Positions 1 to 11,700 of a DNA stretch of 64,000 nt are shown one piece after another. A model generated the notes under the pieces. The model worked only from the letters and a program-made list of their open reading frames with translations. It was not told the origin of the DNA and searched no databases. The DNA is from Heteronotia binoei. Its lineage: Eukaryota. The DNA lies in NCBI RefSeq assembly GCF_032191835.1, contig NC_083230.1, forward strand, positions 55,242,001 to 55,306,000, written 5' to 3'. How positions within the stretch are numbered: position 1 is the first letter of the stretch; each line of letters opens with the position of its first letter. The position numbers and the translations under genes are program-made.

Positions 1-960
1 CTCCCTCTCAGCTAGCTTGCTGGTTCATTGTCAGTGCTCTTGAAGGCAAGGTGGGCCCCTCCACCAGCAGTTCTACACCCACGCCATGCCTGAACACAAG
101 CAAATTGTCCACCACCTCGCACACGTGGCAACTCCACTGCCACAGCCCACCAACTGGAGCAGAGAAAAGTGCCCATTAGGCAGAGAACTGGACTTGGGGC
201 CAAAGCAGCTGCCACCCCACCAACCTGAGAAAGTGGCGGTGGTTGTAAATGGTGGGGCTAGGCAGTCTCCAGGAGAGTATGGTGGAGGGGCTGAGACCCT
301 GTGGATCCCATAGTAGCTATGGGCCTGTTTGGCTTTTGTTTGCTGGGGAAGGGCTAAGAAAATATTTGTTTGTACATATGCATACCTATTCAGGTTCAGA
401 GATTGTAAATCTACTTCAAAAATTCCATTATCAAAGTGTCAGCAAAGGACTCTGCTTCTGAAGCTTCCTTGAATGCTGAGAGGCTGCTTTTGAGAGGCTG
501 CAACATATTTAGAATGGTTTAATTCTGTTTAGGATTTCACTGTCAGTTGCCCAACTATATGCGCAGAACTAACCATATACTGGAGTTATAGAAGAGATTT
601 TAAATAACCATAAAATGTTTACTCAAAAGGGTTTAAATGATATGAACACACTGAAAGCAGAGCTGAGTTTCACAGAATTCCATAGCCTCACTGCTTGAGG
701 AATAAGTTCACATTTAGGCATTTTACTTGGAATAGAAGTTCTTCATTGACAGTAAAGGAGAGATAGTATAGAAGAAGCATGCTGAGCCTTCATAGTGGAC
801 AGAGGGAGAGAGAAGGGAAGTGACCAAAAGAAAGGAACTACTGAGAATAGCATTCTGGGTAACAAAGGAACAGCAGCAGGAGTGAACAAAGGAAAGGCCA
901 GAGTGCATCCTATCTACCTTTACACTAATTCTCTATTGCCCTCTTCCGAGGCTCCAATGT

Positions 961-1193
961 CTGAACATATGAACATATATAAACATATGAAGCTGCCTTA
1001 TACTGAATCAAACTCTTGGTCTATCAAAATCAGTATTGTCTACTTAGACTGGCAGCAGTTCTCCAGGGTCTCAAGTTGAGGTTTTTCAAGCCTATTTGCC
1101 TGGACCCTTTTTAGTTGGAGATGCTGGGGATTGAACCTGGAACCTTCTGCTTACCAGGCAGATGCTCTACCACTGAGCCACCATCCATCCCCT
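961..1193 (-). mobile_element. tRNA-derived SINE with CR1-type 3' tail
   Basis: The minus strand has a tRNA-like head with A/B boxes (GTGGCTCAGTGGTAGAGCA ... GGTTCAATCCCC) and a tail ...GATTCAGTATAAGGCAGCTTCATATG. The copy at 53513-53716 is the same family. Confidence 0.75.
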
Positions 1194-1273
1194 TCTGTGC
1201 TACCATTAAGTGATATTGCACAGTCCATTCCTTCCAACACACACAACTCCTCCCCCCATCACAGCAGTCTAAA

Positions 1274-1378
1274 GATGTGTTCATACTACACTAAATGTGT
1301 TTTGCAACTGAATTTTTACTGTGTAAGAATAGCAAAAATCCAGTTGCAAAACACATTTAGTGTAGTGTGAACGCACCC
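1274..1378. mobile_element. Short palindromic MITE
   Basis: Imperfect inverted arms (TGTGTTCATACTACACTAAATGTGTTTTGCAACTG / CAGTTGCAAAACACATTTAGTGTAGTGTGAACGCA). A related copy lies at 8480-8589. Confidence 0.65.
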
Positions 1379-1886
1379 TGAGTCAACCCAAAACAGCAGC
1401 TTAAAAATATGATTTAAACCTCTTAAGTAAAGTCCAGCATGTAATCTTCAGTCAGCAAAAAGCTAACAAGAGGGAACTGAAATAGTTATTAGACTGGGGC
1501 AAAGGAGATAAAATAATTCCCCTGAAGTCTGGACAAAGATAAAAGATTCTGACTGCTGGTAAGTGAGCTGTGATAGGGAGGGAATTCCTCAGCCAACAAG
1601 CCAGCACTGAGAAGGTTCTATTTACACTAGACAACCACTTTACCTCTGATGGTGGTATGGGGCAGTTCCAAGTTTCAGTGGGCCCTGGGCAAAGAGGGCA
1701 TGGGGACCCCTCCAATTGCCATTGTGCACCCCACTCATACCTCCCTGCCCACCCCCCTTGCATTCTCCTGCCCTGTTGGCTTATCTATTCATCCTCTGTC
1801 CACCACTTGCTCATTTTCCCGACTTCTCAGGGCTCACCCACCTTTCCCTGACTGTGCTGTGCAGTATGTGCAGCTGGAAGCATAGG

Positions 1887-2068
1887 CAGGGCTCTTTTTC
1901 TAGCATGAGCTCATCTGCATATTAGGCCATGCCCCCCTGATGTAGCCAATCCTCCTGGAGCTTACAGTAGGCCCTGTACTAAAAGCCCTCTAAACTCTTG
2001 GAGGACTGGCTACATTAGGGGGGCGTGGCCTAATATGTAGAGGAGCTCCTGCTAGAAAAAGAGCCCTG
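1887..2068. mobile_element. hAT-type MITE
   Basis: TIRs CAGGGCTCTTTTTC...GAAAAAGAGCCCTG and an internally palindromic body. No clear TSD. Confidence 0.65.
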
Positions 2069-2348
2069 GGCAGGTGGGAAAGCTCACAACAAGCATGTGG
2101 GCAGCAGGGGAGGTGAGTGGGTGAGGGGCAGTGACTGGGGGCTCCACCAGTAGAACTAGGCTTTGGCAGCTTCTCCACTCTGGCTATGCTGATATTGGCA
2201 CATGGGGTAAAGAACCTCCCAAGTGGATTACAGTTGATTGGCAGGTTCAGAAAGGTGTCAACAATTTCTCAAACACCCTTGTCTCAGATCATCTATATGG
2301 TTTTAAACTTTGGTCTTGAATTAAGTCTGGAGGTGAAATGGAATCCAG

Positions 2349-2468
2349 CAGGGCTTTTTTTTTTTTTAGCAGGAACACAGTTCTGGCTGGCTTGGCATCA
2401 GGGTGTGTGGCCTAATATGCAAATGAGTTCCTGCTGGGTTTTTTTTAAAAAATAACAAAAAATCCCTG
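2349..2468. mobile_element. hAT-type MITE with 8-bp TSD
   Basis: Ends CAGGGCTTTT...AAATCCCTG, flanked by GAATCCAG / GAAGCCAG (7/8 match). Confidence 0.7.
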
Positions 2469-5400
2469 GAAGCCAGTATTGTTCTCTCAAAGCCAGAAAC
2501 TGTGTTTTCTGTAAGAAATGCCAGTCAGCAGTCTAGATACTATGTTTTGGAAATTACTGAAGATTTAAGGATGGTGCTTGGGGAGCGTAGAAGAAATATC
2601 TCAACAGGGATGTGATATCCTGTGACACCATGTGCAGCTCAAAAGTCAGCTTCTCCAACTCCCCCTTTCCTGGAGGTCTCCTGGAATTACAGCTGACTGA
2701 CAGATGACATATATCAGTTCCCATGGAGAAAGTAGCTGCTTTGGAGGGCGGACCCTATGGCATCGTATTCTCCGGAGGTTCCTCCCCTTCCCAATCCCTG
2801 CTCTCCACAGGCTCTACCCCTACATCTCCAGGAATTTCCCAACCCAGAGTTGACAACCCTACCACTTCCTCTTACTATCAACCTTTAAATTAAAATGTCC
2901 TCCATATCACGTTCCTCTGGCCTTCTTCTCCCTCCTTTCATCATTTGTAGGCTTCCTTATGCATATGTTCTGTATGTCATACTAACCCTTTGATCCTAAA
3001 TATTTATGCTGGTATAACTGGTTGTTCTCCCATGTTCTACTCCACATAAAAAACCCCTCTCAAAATCCTCTTTTGCGCCCCCCCCCCCCCGTTAAGAAAA
3101 ATCAATTTTCATGACATGTAAACGGAATCCAGCTAAATGCAGTCCCATCCTTCTCTCAGTCCCCTTTAACCTGAAGTTTCTTTACAAGCATACAGTCCAC
3201 CCTCTGAAGCTGCCATTTTGGGGACATGATCTCTGCAGCCTGGAGTTGTCATTCTGGGAAAACTCCAGGTCCCACTCTAACACTGGGAACCATTGTTGAA
3301 GCTAACAGTTATGAAAGTCAGCCCCACATAGTGAATTTTACAGGGCAAACATTACACAGTGTTGATCATTGTAACCTTTTTCCCTTCTTGAAACTCAGTA
3401 GTAGAGAGATTAATCTGTTGGAGACGCTACAGTGAAGGTAGTGTCTTGTTATAAGTGTGTTTCCCTTTTGAGTGGTACTTTGCTATTCAGATGATTATAT
3501 ATCCCTGAGAAATTTACATTTCTCTTCCTGCTATGAAGGTTATGATTATTTCACACACAGCCAGTTTGCTGGAAATGGGCTATTTAACGTACCAGATGAT
3601 CATATTGCTTTTGTAGGTTATATTGTCCTTTAAAATTCAATTACTTGGGGCACCACGAGACTCTTTTCTTGAATGATTTGGTTATGTGAGCTATACAGAT
3701 GATCTTCTCCATTACAATTTCCTAGTGTCCAATGAATCATATAGAAGTTTTCATATCCTTGTAATTGAGAAAAGGTTACAGCTCCGGTATATTAGATTCA
3801 ACTCTAACCTGGAGGGCTTTGAAAGAACACACATGAATATTCAATTTGGTCTCTGAAGTACAAAATCTGCAGATCTTGCTGATGGTTTGGTTGTTAGTTC
3901 TTGCATGCATACCAAGCAAATTTTCAGTCTTTTATTTGCAGGCAGAGTAGGAAGACTTCCTGAACACTGTTGAAACAGCCATCTCTTTGAAATGTTTGGT
4001 ACCTTTGTGACACTGCATACTGCAAACAAATATTCAGCAATCAGTCTGAGGGGAAAGTATGACATGATTAACCATTAATGGTGTATAATCAGTTAAGTTG
4101 ATCAATTAACTAATTGAACAAAAAAGCTGCTTCCAATTAACTGGGCAGCTTTCCAAAAATAGAACATTAACAGCACAATCCAGAGGGGGGAGGCGAAAGT
4201 GCTTTGGGAGTGGACTTACTGCTACGTTGGTGAAAGTGGCACATACACCATTGGAAGAACGGCAGCGCCACAGTGGAGGGGAGTTACGTGAGCACAGCTC
4301 CGCTCGAGTGCCGCCCGAGTGCAGCGGCGCCTGAGGGCTGCGCCTGAGTGGAGGCGTAAGTCTGGCGGAGTGGAACACAGCGGCGGAAGAGGGTGAGGAG
4401 TCAGGGGCGCGGCCAGGCTTCGGCAGCTCCCTAAGGACTTTGGGCTATGACATGCCCTCCCCGAGAGGCATACAGTCACACCCGTGAAAACGGCGGCATA
4501 TCCCATAGGCACTAATTGAAACAAAAAACAAAGGTTGTCCCCGCCTTAGGGAGCGGGAGCCTCACCAATCCCCTTGTGCCCTGGGCTGGCAAGCCCCCTC
4601 CACAGCAGCCAATTGCCGTGCCCCCCCTCCTAGAAATACTTCTGCTCTGCCTTGTGCAACTCAGTTGTTAGGGGGAGGAGCACATGGTGAGGGGCTCTGC
4701 CGGTGAGCTTCCAGCCATGCTGACTTAGAACGAGGGACAGGCAGGCACGCTGGTGACGGGTTTTTCACTGCGTTGTAGCTCTGACAGTATCTTTGACTTG
4801 TGAGGGGGAGAGCGAGGTCTCTCCCCTGGGGCTAACTGCTCTTGTTTCCAGGTCTCCACAGTTTCCGGGCTCGTGGAGGCTCTGCATGCGAGCGAGGACT
4901 GTCGCCCGTGGCTGGGTAAGTTCCACTGTGCCCCCCACCATCCTCCCCCTCCCATCACTCTCAGCCGCTTGGTGTGTGAGCGTCTCTGGCACATGAACCG
5001 GGCAGTGGACTCAGGCAGGGGCATTTGCTGACCCCACTCCCTTGTGCTGCTGCCTGCTGCCTTCCCTTGGTCTGCCCTCTGCCACGTTCCCAACCCCTGG
5101 CAGGGCACGGGGTGTGTGTCTGTGGCAGCTGCCCCATTGCGAGGTGGGTCAGAGACTGTCCCTTTAAGAGAGTGCCCGGCTGAAACGCAGCCTGCTCTTC
5201 CAGCCGCCGCCCCTGCAGGTGCTCTTGATCTCTATCTCCATTTTGCAGGTGGGATTTCAACACAGAGGCTTCTGAGTGCGTCACTTCACCACCACCCCAC
5301 TTCTTCAGCTGTTCTTGCCCGCCGCTCGGAATGGAGCCCCACCCACGGCAAGACTGCCCAGCGTGCACCAGGGAGACTGTTGCACTCTGTTCGGGAAAAA

Positions 5401-6229
5401 TAAAGTTTGAGCTGTGCCCTCTGTTGTCTCTCCTGCTTGGCATCTGCTGCACGTTCCCTCTGACAGCGGTTTGTGTGTGTGAGGGGATTGATGACTTCTC
5501 CGTGGTCCCGTGCGGGCCTGTCCCGCCCCCACCAAGCCAGGCTTCTCGTGTGCACATGCCCAGCCTCACTCCTGTTCCCTCTCTGTGTTGGTGGGACGTC
5601 TCTCCTTTGCCTGTGATGGTCTGCCCATCATCGGCTCCATTCTCTGTTTGGGGGAGGGTTGGGGATGGCTATCAGCCTCTCTGGGGCTGTCTCTCCTCAT
5701 CCCTGACTGTCAAGAGCCACAGCGCATGCGCCAGGACTGGCCAGTGGGGGGTGGGGGTTGGGCTGGCCCTCCCCTCCGACTGCCTCTGCCTCCCTTGCGT
5801 GTCTATGCCAGCAGCATTGCCATGGTGACCGTCTCCCTCATGGCAAACTACGCCTCTCCCCTCCCCACGCTCCAGCTTGCTGAAGTCCTCAGGAAGTCTA
5901 CTAGCGGCGTGGCAGTTATGCCATGGCTGGCTGCCATGTCTGGATTGGGCTGCCCAAGGACCTTCTTAGGAGACACCTTTTCCCTTTTCTCACAGACCAG
6001 GAAATACTTTTTCTAAAGCAGCAGCTGCAGTCACATGCTCAAACTGCCTTTGTATTCCATTTTAGTAACTGGCTGCTAATGGATTTTTTCCTATCATTTC
6101 AGACAGACCCATTTTAGTAACCAGCTGCTAGCTAAATTTATTTACCTGTTCATACAAACCTATTTGCGTTAGGTTAGCAAAGCATGGTTGAGCCGCTTTT
6201 GAAACTGCATTTTTCTATTTTCAACCCCT

Positions 6230-7205
6230 TCATTGCACTTCTGAATTGCTGTGGTGTGCTGTTTAAAATGTCCGCTGAAGTGCTATAGCAGCATCATTGA
6301 GAGGCATTGATCCCATTGACTCCATTTAGTCAATGCATCTCAATGGTGCTGCTATAGCACTTCAGTCCTATAGTAGTTTAGAACTATAGTGTTCAATTTA
6401 GAGGCCCCGCCTTGCAGGCAGCTCTGTGAGCTGCTGGTGGCTGCCCTGCTCTGCAAAGGGAAGCTGTCCCGGACCCTCTGTGAGCTCATAGTGGCATTGC
6501 CCCCAAGAATTCTATGCAGCTCTTCGTAATAGGGACACCTTCTCTGGTCATTCCCAGCCGTGACGCCAGAGTGTCCTTATACTCCATCTGGAGGTTTTTA
6601 GTCTTTCTCCTGCATTCTGCAGGGGAATGGGAGTGACCCTGAGTTGCCAAATCCCCGGCAATGTCCTCAAAGATTTTGAAGTTGCGGTGGCTCTGCTTTA
6701 GGCACGCCTGCACCTCTGGCCACCCCCAAGAGGCTAGAGAGCCAGAACCTCCTCTCTCCTCCAACCAGGCTCTCTGACTACAGCCATCTTCGCCCGGAGC
6801 AGCCGCCAGAAATCTCTGAGGGGTATTTATTCCTACAGCAGCCATGTGGATGTTGATGATGGCCCTGATATCAGCTGCATTCTATGCCATGAGTGCATGC
6901 GCACATCAGCGCACGACTAGTTCCTTTAAAAAAAAAACCTGCGGAAGTGGATCCCGCAGCTCGCCACTTCCACATGCTCCCGTCAGCAACGACCGCCTAC
7001 CTGCTTCCAGACAGCATTTCTGTGACTACCCGCCGCCTCAAATATTTGCGACTGCTTTTTAAGCAGTTGCTTTTTGAGCCGGATGGAGCGGCCGGAAGGA
7101 CGGATGGGGACGCCCGGCAGATGTGAACGTGTGAAGGGATTTTTTGGGCCGACTTCAGAGGCGTCTCTGAGTCGGCCCAAAGTGTCGGTCTGTAATCAGA
7201 CTAAG
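6230..7205 (-). mobile_element. Probable PIF/Harbinger transposon remnant (left boundary unresolved, may extend to ~4540)
   Basis: Contains the Myb/SANT remnant, a CpG-rich upstream region, internal hairpins (6275-6365, 7143-7181) and a TIR-like end GTCTGTAATCAGACT at ~7188-7202. No transposase or second TIR was found. Confidence 0.45.
6486..6845 (-). pseudogene. Degenerate Myb/SANT-like (trihelix) DNA-binding domain ORF, probably PIF/Harbinger ORF2
   Basis: Reads VQACLKQSHRNFKIFEDIAGDLATQGHSHSPAECRRKTKNLQMEYK. After a frameshift near 6550 it continues CPYYEELHRILGG, the typical motif closing this domain. Confidence 0.7.
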
Positions 7206-7670
7206 ATTCACAAACAGCTGGCTGTAGCGGTGATACTTGCCTGCCCACAGGTTGAGGCTGCTGCTTTGAGTTGCCTCAGACAGCAAAGCAAGGAGGAGAA
7301 TAGCATTGCCCTCAGGATGGCAAGTAGTGGCACTTGCTGCTGCATTTCTCTGCTGCCAGTTTTCATGGATGGCAGACAGGGAAGGGAAGTTATGTCACTC
7401 AGAAGGGTTAATGGCCAGCAGCAGGATGTAGCTGCAGCCACGTAAACCCACCCCTCTCCTCATTTGCAATTGTTGGGAAGGGGAGCCCATCCCAGACCCT
7501 TACCATTGTCTGGGAAGAGAGGCAACAGGAGAGACAACTGTCCAAACCCTTGATGCCATCCCTGGTTGAAGGTCTTGAAAGTTTTAAATGGGCAAAACCC
7601 ATTAGAAAAAATTTCAAGGCAAGTATGCAGCTTGGTCCAATACCTGTCTACTCAGAAATAAGTGATTGTA

Positions 7671-7955
7671 GAAGAAGATAAGAAGATAGAAGAAGATATT
7701 GGATTTATATCCCGCCCTCCACTCCGAAGAGTCTCAGAGCGGCTCACAATCTCCTTTACCTTCCTCCCCCACAACAGACACCCTGTGAGGTGGGTGGGGC
7801 TGGAGAGGGCTCTCACAGCAGCTGCCCTTTCAAGGACAGCCTCTGCCAGAGCTATGGCTGACCTAAGGCCATGCTAGCAGGTGCAAATGGAGGAGTGGGG
7901 AATCAAACCCGGTTCTCCCAGATAAGAGTCCGCACACTTAACCACTACACCAAAC
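7671..7955 (-). mobile_element. MIR/Ther1-like tRNA SINE with L2-type tail (Squam3-like)
   Basis: Head AGTTTGGTGTAGTGGTTAAGTGTGCGG...GGTTTGATTCCCC, tail TGTGAGCCGCTCTGAG...GGGCGGGATATAAAT plus (TCTTC/TATCTTC)n, and TSD TGATTGTA at 7663-7670 and 7956-7963. Confidence 0.85.
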
Positions 7956-8479
7956 TGATTGTACTTAGGACTGAAGCATTAAATATTAAAAACAAATCTG
8001 TGATGTGTTAAGGGAAGACTAAATTTGGAATAATTCTTCTTTGGAAACCCAAGGCACAGCATAAAATTGCTACAAATGGGAATTGATCCAACTGTCATCT
8101 ACCAGGTAATGCCTGATGTGAAAGAAAAAGAAAAAGAATCCTCTCCCAACCTCCTTTTTTCTACCACTAGGCGGCAGTCATTGTTCAATGACTGGGTTAG
8201 CATTTGTTGTATTCTTCTAATTCGGTTTTAAGTAATTGGAGTATTTTGTAGAAGTTGTTAGGCTAGGCTTACAGGAGAACAAACCCACTATGATTCAAGC
8301 CTTTTGTTAATCAAAAACAGAGCTAAATAAGGTAATCAGCCACAGTACAATCCAGGACTCTTAACAGGTTCTAAATCTTTGGTGGCTGCACTGCTCTCCT
8401 TGGGCAGTAATTTAATCCCTCAATTACTGAATAATCTACTTGATCAATAAAAATGTATGTTGATTTAAATGAAACAATA

Positions 8480-8589
8480 GGTACATTCACACTATGCTAA
8501 ATAATGCATTCTGCAAGTGGATTTTTGTTATTCTTACACACTAGTAATCCAGTTGCAAAATGCATTATTTAGTGTAGTGTGAATGCACC
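8480..8589. mobile_element. Short palindromic MITE (same family as 1274-1378)
   Basis: GGTACATTCACACTATGCTAAATAATGCATT ... AATGCATTATTTAGTGTAGTGTGAATGCACC. Confidence 0.65.
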
Positions 8590-10666
8590 CATTCAGTCAC
8601 AAGCTAAAGATCAAATCATAAGGTGAACAAGATTATAGACAATGTGTACAAAACCATAGGCTGAAAATCAAATCACACAATCACTGTCTAAAAGATATTG
8701 CTTTAAAAATGGATTAATTGTTTCTCTCCCATATTTCAACTTTTTTCTTTTGGGGATTGGAGTCATATGAACCACAGCAAAAACTTCTGTTGCAGCAGAT
8801 TCCTAGGGAAATCAAATATCTGAAATGGCCAGATCCTAAACTTGAATTGGTCCTTATGGCACTAAATGCATGAAGTAAGGCTGCAGTCACTGCACCTTTT
8901 GCCCATTTATTCTTTTGGCCTTTTTCTCAGGCATGTTATAAATAACTCTGATTTGGGAAGTTTCTGGAGATTTGGGGTGGTTCCTGAGAAGGGCAGAGTA
9001 CAAGGAGGGAGCTCAGTGGAATGTGATGCAATAGATTCTGCCATCTGAAGCTCCTATTTCCCACAGGGAGAATGACCTCTGTAGTCTGATGATCAGTTGT
9101 AATTCTGGGAGAACTCCAGGCCACAGTTTGAGCTTGGTAACCCTAGTTCTTGAGAGTAAGACCCTAATGGTACCCTACAGCTAGTAGAAGAGGATGGTGA
9201 GTGAGAGGAACAACAGAGGAACAGGGCACAAAGCTTTGTAGCAGCACACTGGTGGGGTCCTTCTGGGCTTTAAAGATAATATATGCTATCTTTTTTAACC
9301 TTTAAAGCAACTTATTTTTTCAACAACTTAAGCAGTGGCTTGCTAGGAATCTGTAATAGCTCAATAAACTTCCCAGGGCCTTTGAGACAGATTAGGCTGA
9401 AGTGTTTCGTAGATATTTCTATCTTATACTTTACAATCCATAAGACTGGATGGTCTTTATAATGGCACTGGGTAATACAGTGGTGTTTCCAGGCAGGAAG
9501 CAGGCCCCAGGAGTTTCAAGAGCTTTACAACTGGACTCCAACTTTGTCCTGTAATACTGATAAGAGTTTTGAAAGAGATTACTGTTTTTTACTGGTGTTC
9601 TAGTGATAATTTTGTGCTGATAGTGATTGATATTTCTGTTATTGATATTTTATAGTTTTGCTTTGCCAAGTGTTTCCTATCCTGCCACCTTTTTTCTATT
9701 AGATATTTTATGGTTTTAGCAGCTGCCCAACAGGTGGATGTTCAACAAGTACAAGATGTTTAATGCTATGATGCAAAACTTTACCTGTTGGATGTCTGTG
9801 TGTCATGCAGCTGTTAAATGCACAGGTGCCTTGCCATCAGAAGCCCAGACATATCTACCTAAAGAGTTCATTGCTTTCTGAGAAAGGGTGGAAGCTATTG
9901 GTAAAGGAGGATCCCAAAAGCCATCTTCACTATACAACTTTGTGATTAATCCAATTCAAATGGCAGGAAATTGTAATTTAAAATATATTTTGCAGTGTTC
10001 GAACTGCCTGCTTCACTGCTGGTTGAATACATTTGGCAGCTGGAGCTCATTCCCTGACTTCAATGAGCCAAGTAAATAACAGCTGTTCATTAAGCAGAGG
10101 ACAGTTTTGAAGTATCTGCATTCTGTTCTTCTAACTAGCCAGTGAGTCACCTCTTCAAAGGATTTGGGCACCAACTTACATTCGCCAGATTGTTTTTTAG
10201 ACATTTAAAAGCCATTTTGATAAAGAAAACTGTGAAGAATGCATCTCGTTCCCAGTCCACATAGCACGAGCTTTTGACAGGTAGATTTTGTGGCCAGTAC
10301 ACTATAAATTTTGTGTACTGTGGCCAGTACACTATAAATTGGAGCAGCCATGTATTCTATTGTGTCAAAGGGGACCTGAATTAATGTTCTCCTCTGCATC
10401 TCATTAAGGTTACAGGAGCCTTGCCCCCCTGTGCATCTGGCCACCCTACTTTGTCAGGCATGAAGTGAAAATGTAGCAGCAATGGTGGATTTAAAAAGAA
10501 ACATTTTGCTCTATTTTTATTGTTATTCATTGAAGGATTTATGGTTTACTTTGCTACCACTTATGAAGATTCAAAGCAGCTTAGATAATAAATCCAGTTT
10601 AAACAAACAAGCATATATCCTACAGGACTCTAGCATTGTGGGCTGGTTCTGGTTTTATTAGTTCTT

Positions 10667-10770
10667 TCTATCCCTCTGGCAGTACTTCTTTCTCTTTGCT
10701 GGTGGCTCAACAACAATCACCTCCTGGTGGAAATGCCTTTTCAGCTCCCTCCTCCATCCAAACTTCTGAA
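10667..10770 (+). mobile_element. DIRS retrotransposon, left stub (end of RT linker / start of RNase H)
   Basis: Translates SIPLAVLLSLCWWLNNNHLLVEMPFQLPPPSKLL and joins in frame to TTDASLSGWGAH on the far side of the hAT insertion. Confidence 0.75.
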
Positions 10771-10918
10771 TAGGGGTGTGAAAAAAGAATCAGATTCGGA
10801 AATATATGGGGCCAAAATATTCAGAATACCATATATTTCCGAATACTGGTACTCGGAATAGCCGTATATACAGGAGATATACAGCTATTTCCGAATATAT
10901 AGCCCAATTATACCATAT

Positions 10919-11700
10919 GGGCCATTGAAATCAATGGCAAAATAGGGTATATTGGAAGCCGCCTGGGTGGGAGGTGGTTTGAGGGAGAGCTCCAAAATTT
11001 GCAGGGTACCTGCAGGGGGCTCTCCCCTACAAATCTCCCAAGTTCCAAAAAGATTGGGACAGGGGGTCCCATTCCAGGGGCACCCAAAAAGGGTGCCCCT
11101 ATCCTATCAGTATACCCTATGGGCCATTGAAATCAATGGCAACATAGGGCATAATCAGAGGTTACTGGGGGGCAGGGGGTTTGAGGGAGAGCCCCCAAAA
11201 CTACAGAGAACCCGCAGGGGACTCTCCCCTACAAAACCCCCAAGTCCTAAAAAGTTTGGGCCAGGGGGTCCCTGTCTTTCGGCTCCCCAAAAGGCCCATT
11301 GCCACCAATGCTGGGGAAAGCCCAATTAGTCACTTCCTCCACTATAATTGCTGTGGGGAAAGTGGCTCTGGACAGAGGGGGGTTGAGAAAGAGACCCCAA
11401 AACTGCAGGGCAGCTTCAGGGGACTGCCACGCATGCAACCTCCCTGGCCCAAAAAGACTGCACCCATCTGTGGGCACCCCAAAAGGAACACTTTCCCAAT
11501 GGTGAGAAAAAACCAATTAGAGCCACTTCCCCCACAGTAATTGTCGTGGGAAAAGTGGCTCTGGGGAGCAGGGGGTTTTGAGGAGAGCCCCCAAAACTGC
11601 TGTGCAACTTCAGGGCACTGTCCCACACAAAACCCACAAGGCCAAAAAAAATTGGACCAGAGGGTCCAATTCCTGGGGCAGCCAAAGCCAAACCTAACTT
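10919..11700. repeat. ~200-bp degenerate tandem repeat (about 4 copies) in the hAT subterminal region
   Basis: GGGCCATTGAAATCAATGGC at 10919 and 11121. GAGAGC(C/T)CCAAAA-like blocks near 10985, 11187, 11388 and 11583. Confidence 0.75.

Noticed and set aside
1105-1193. tRNA-like sequence (also 53513-53585 and the heads of the other SINEs)
   Set aside because: These are SINE heads with A/B boxes. They lack a complete cloverleaf and continue into LINE-derived tails.
4725-6117. Cluster of 100-200-aa ORFs on both strands
   Set aside because: GC-rich sequence with few stops, overlapping frames and no recognisable domain. It is probably internal to the Harbinger-like element.
10289-10340. 22-bp direct repeat with 30-bp spacing, superficially CRISPR-like
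   Set aside because: Only two copies, in eukaryotic DNA, with no cas genes. It is a local tandem duplication.
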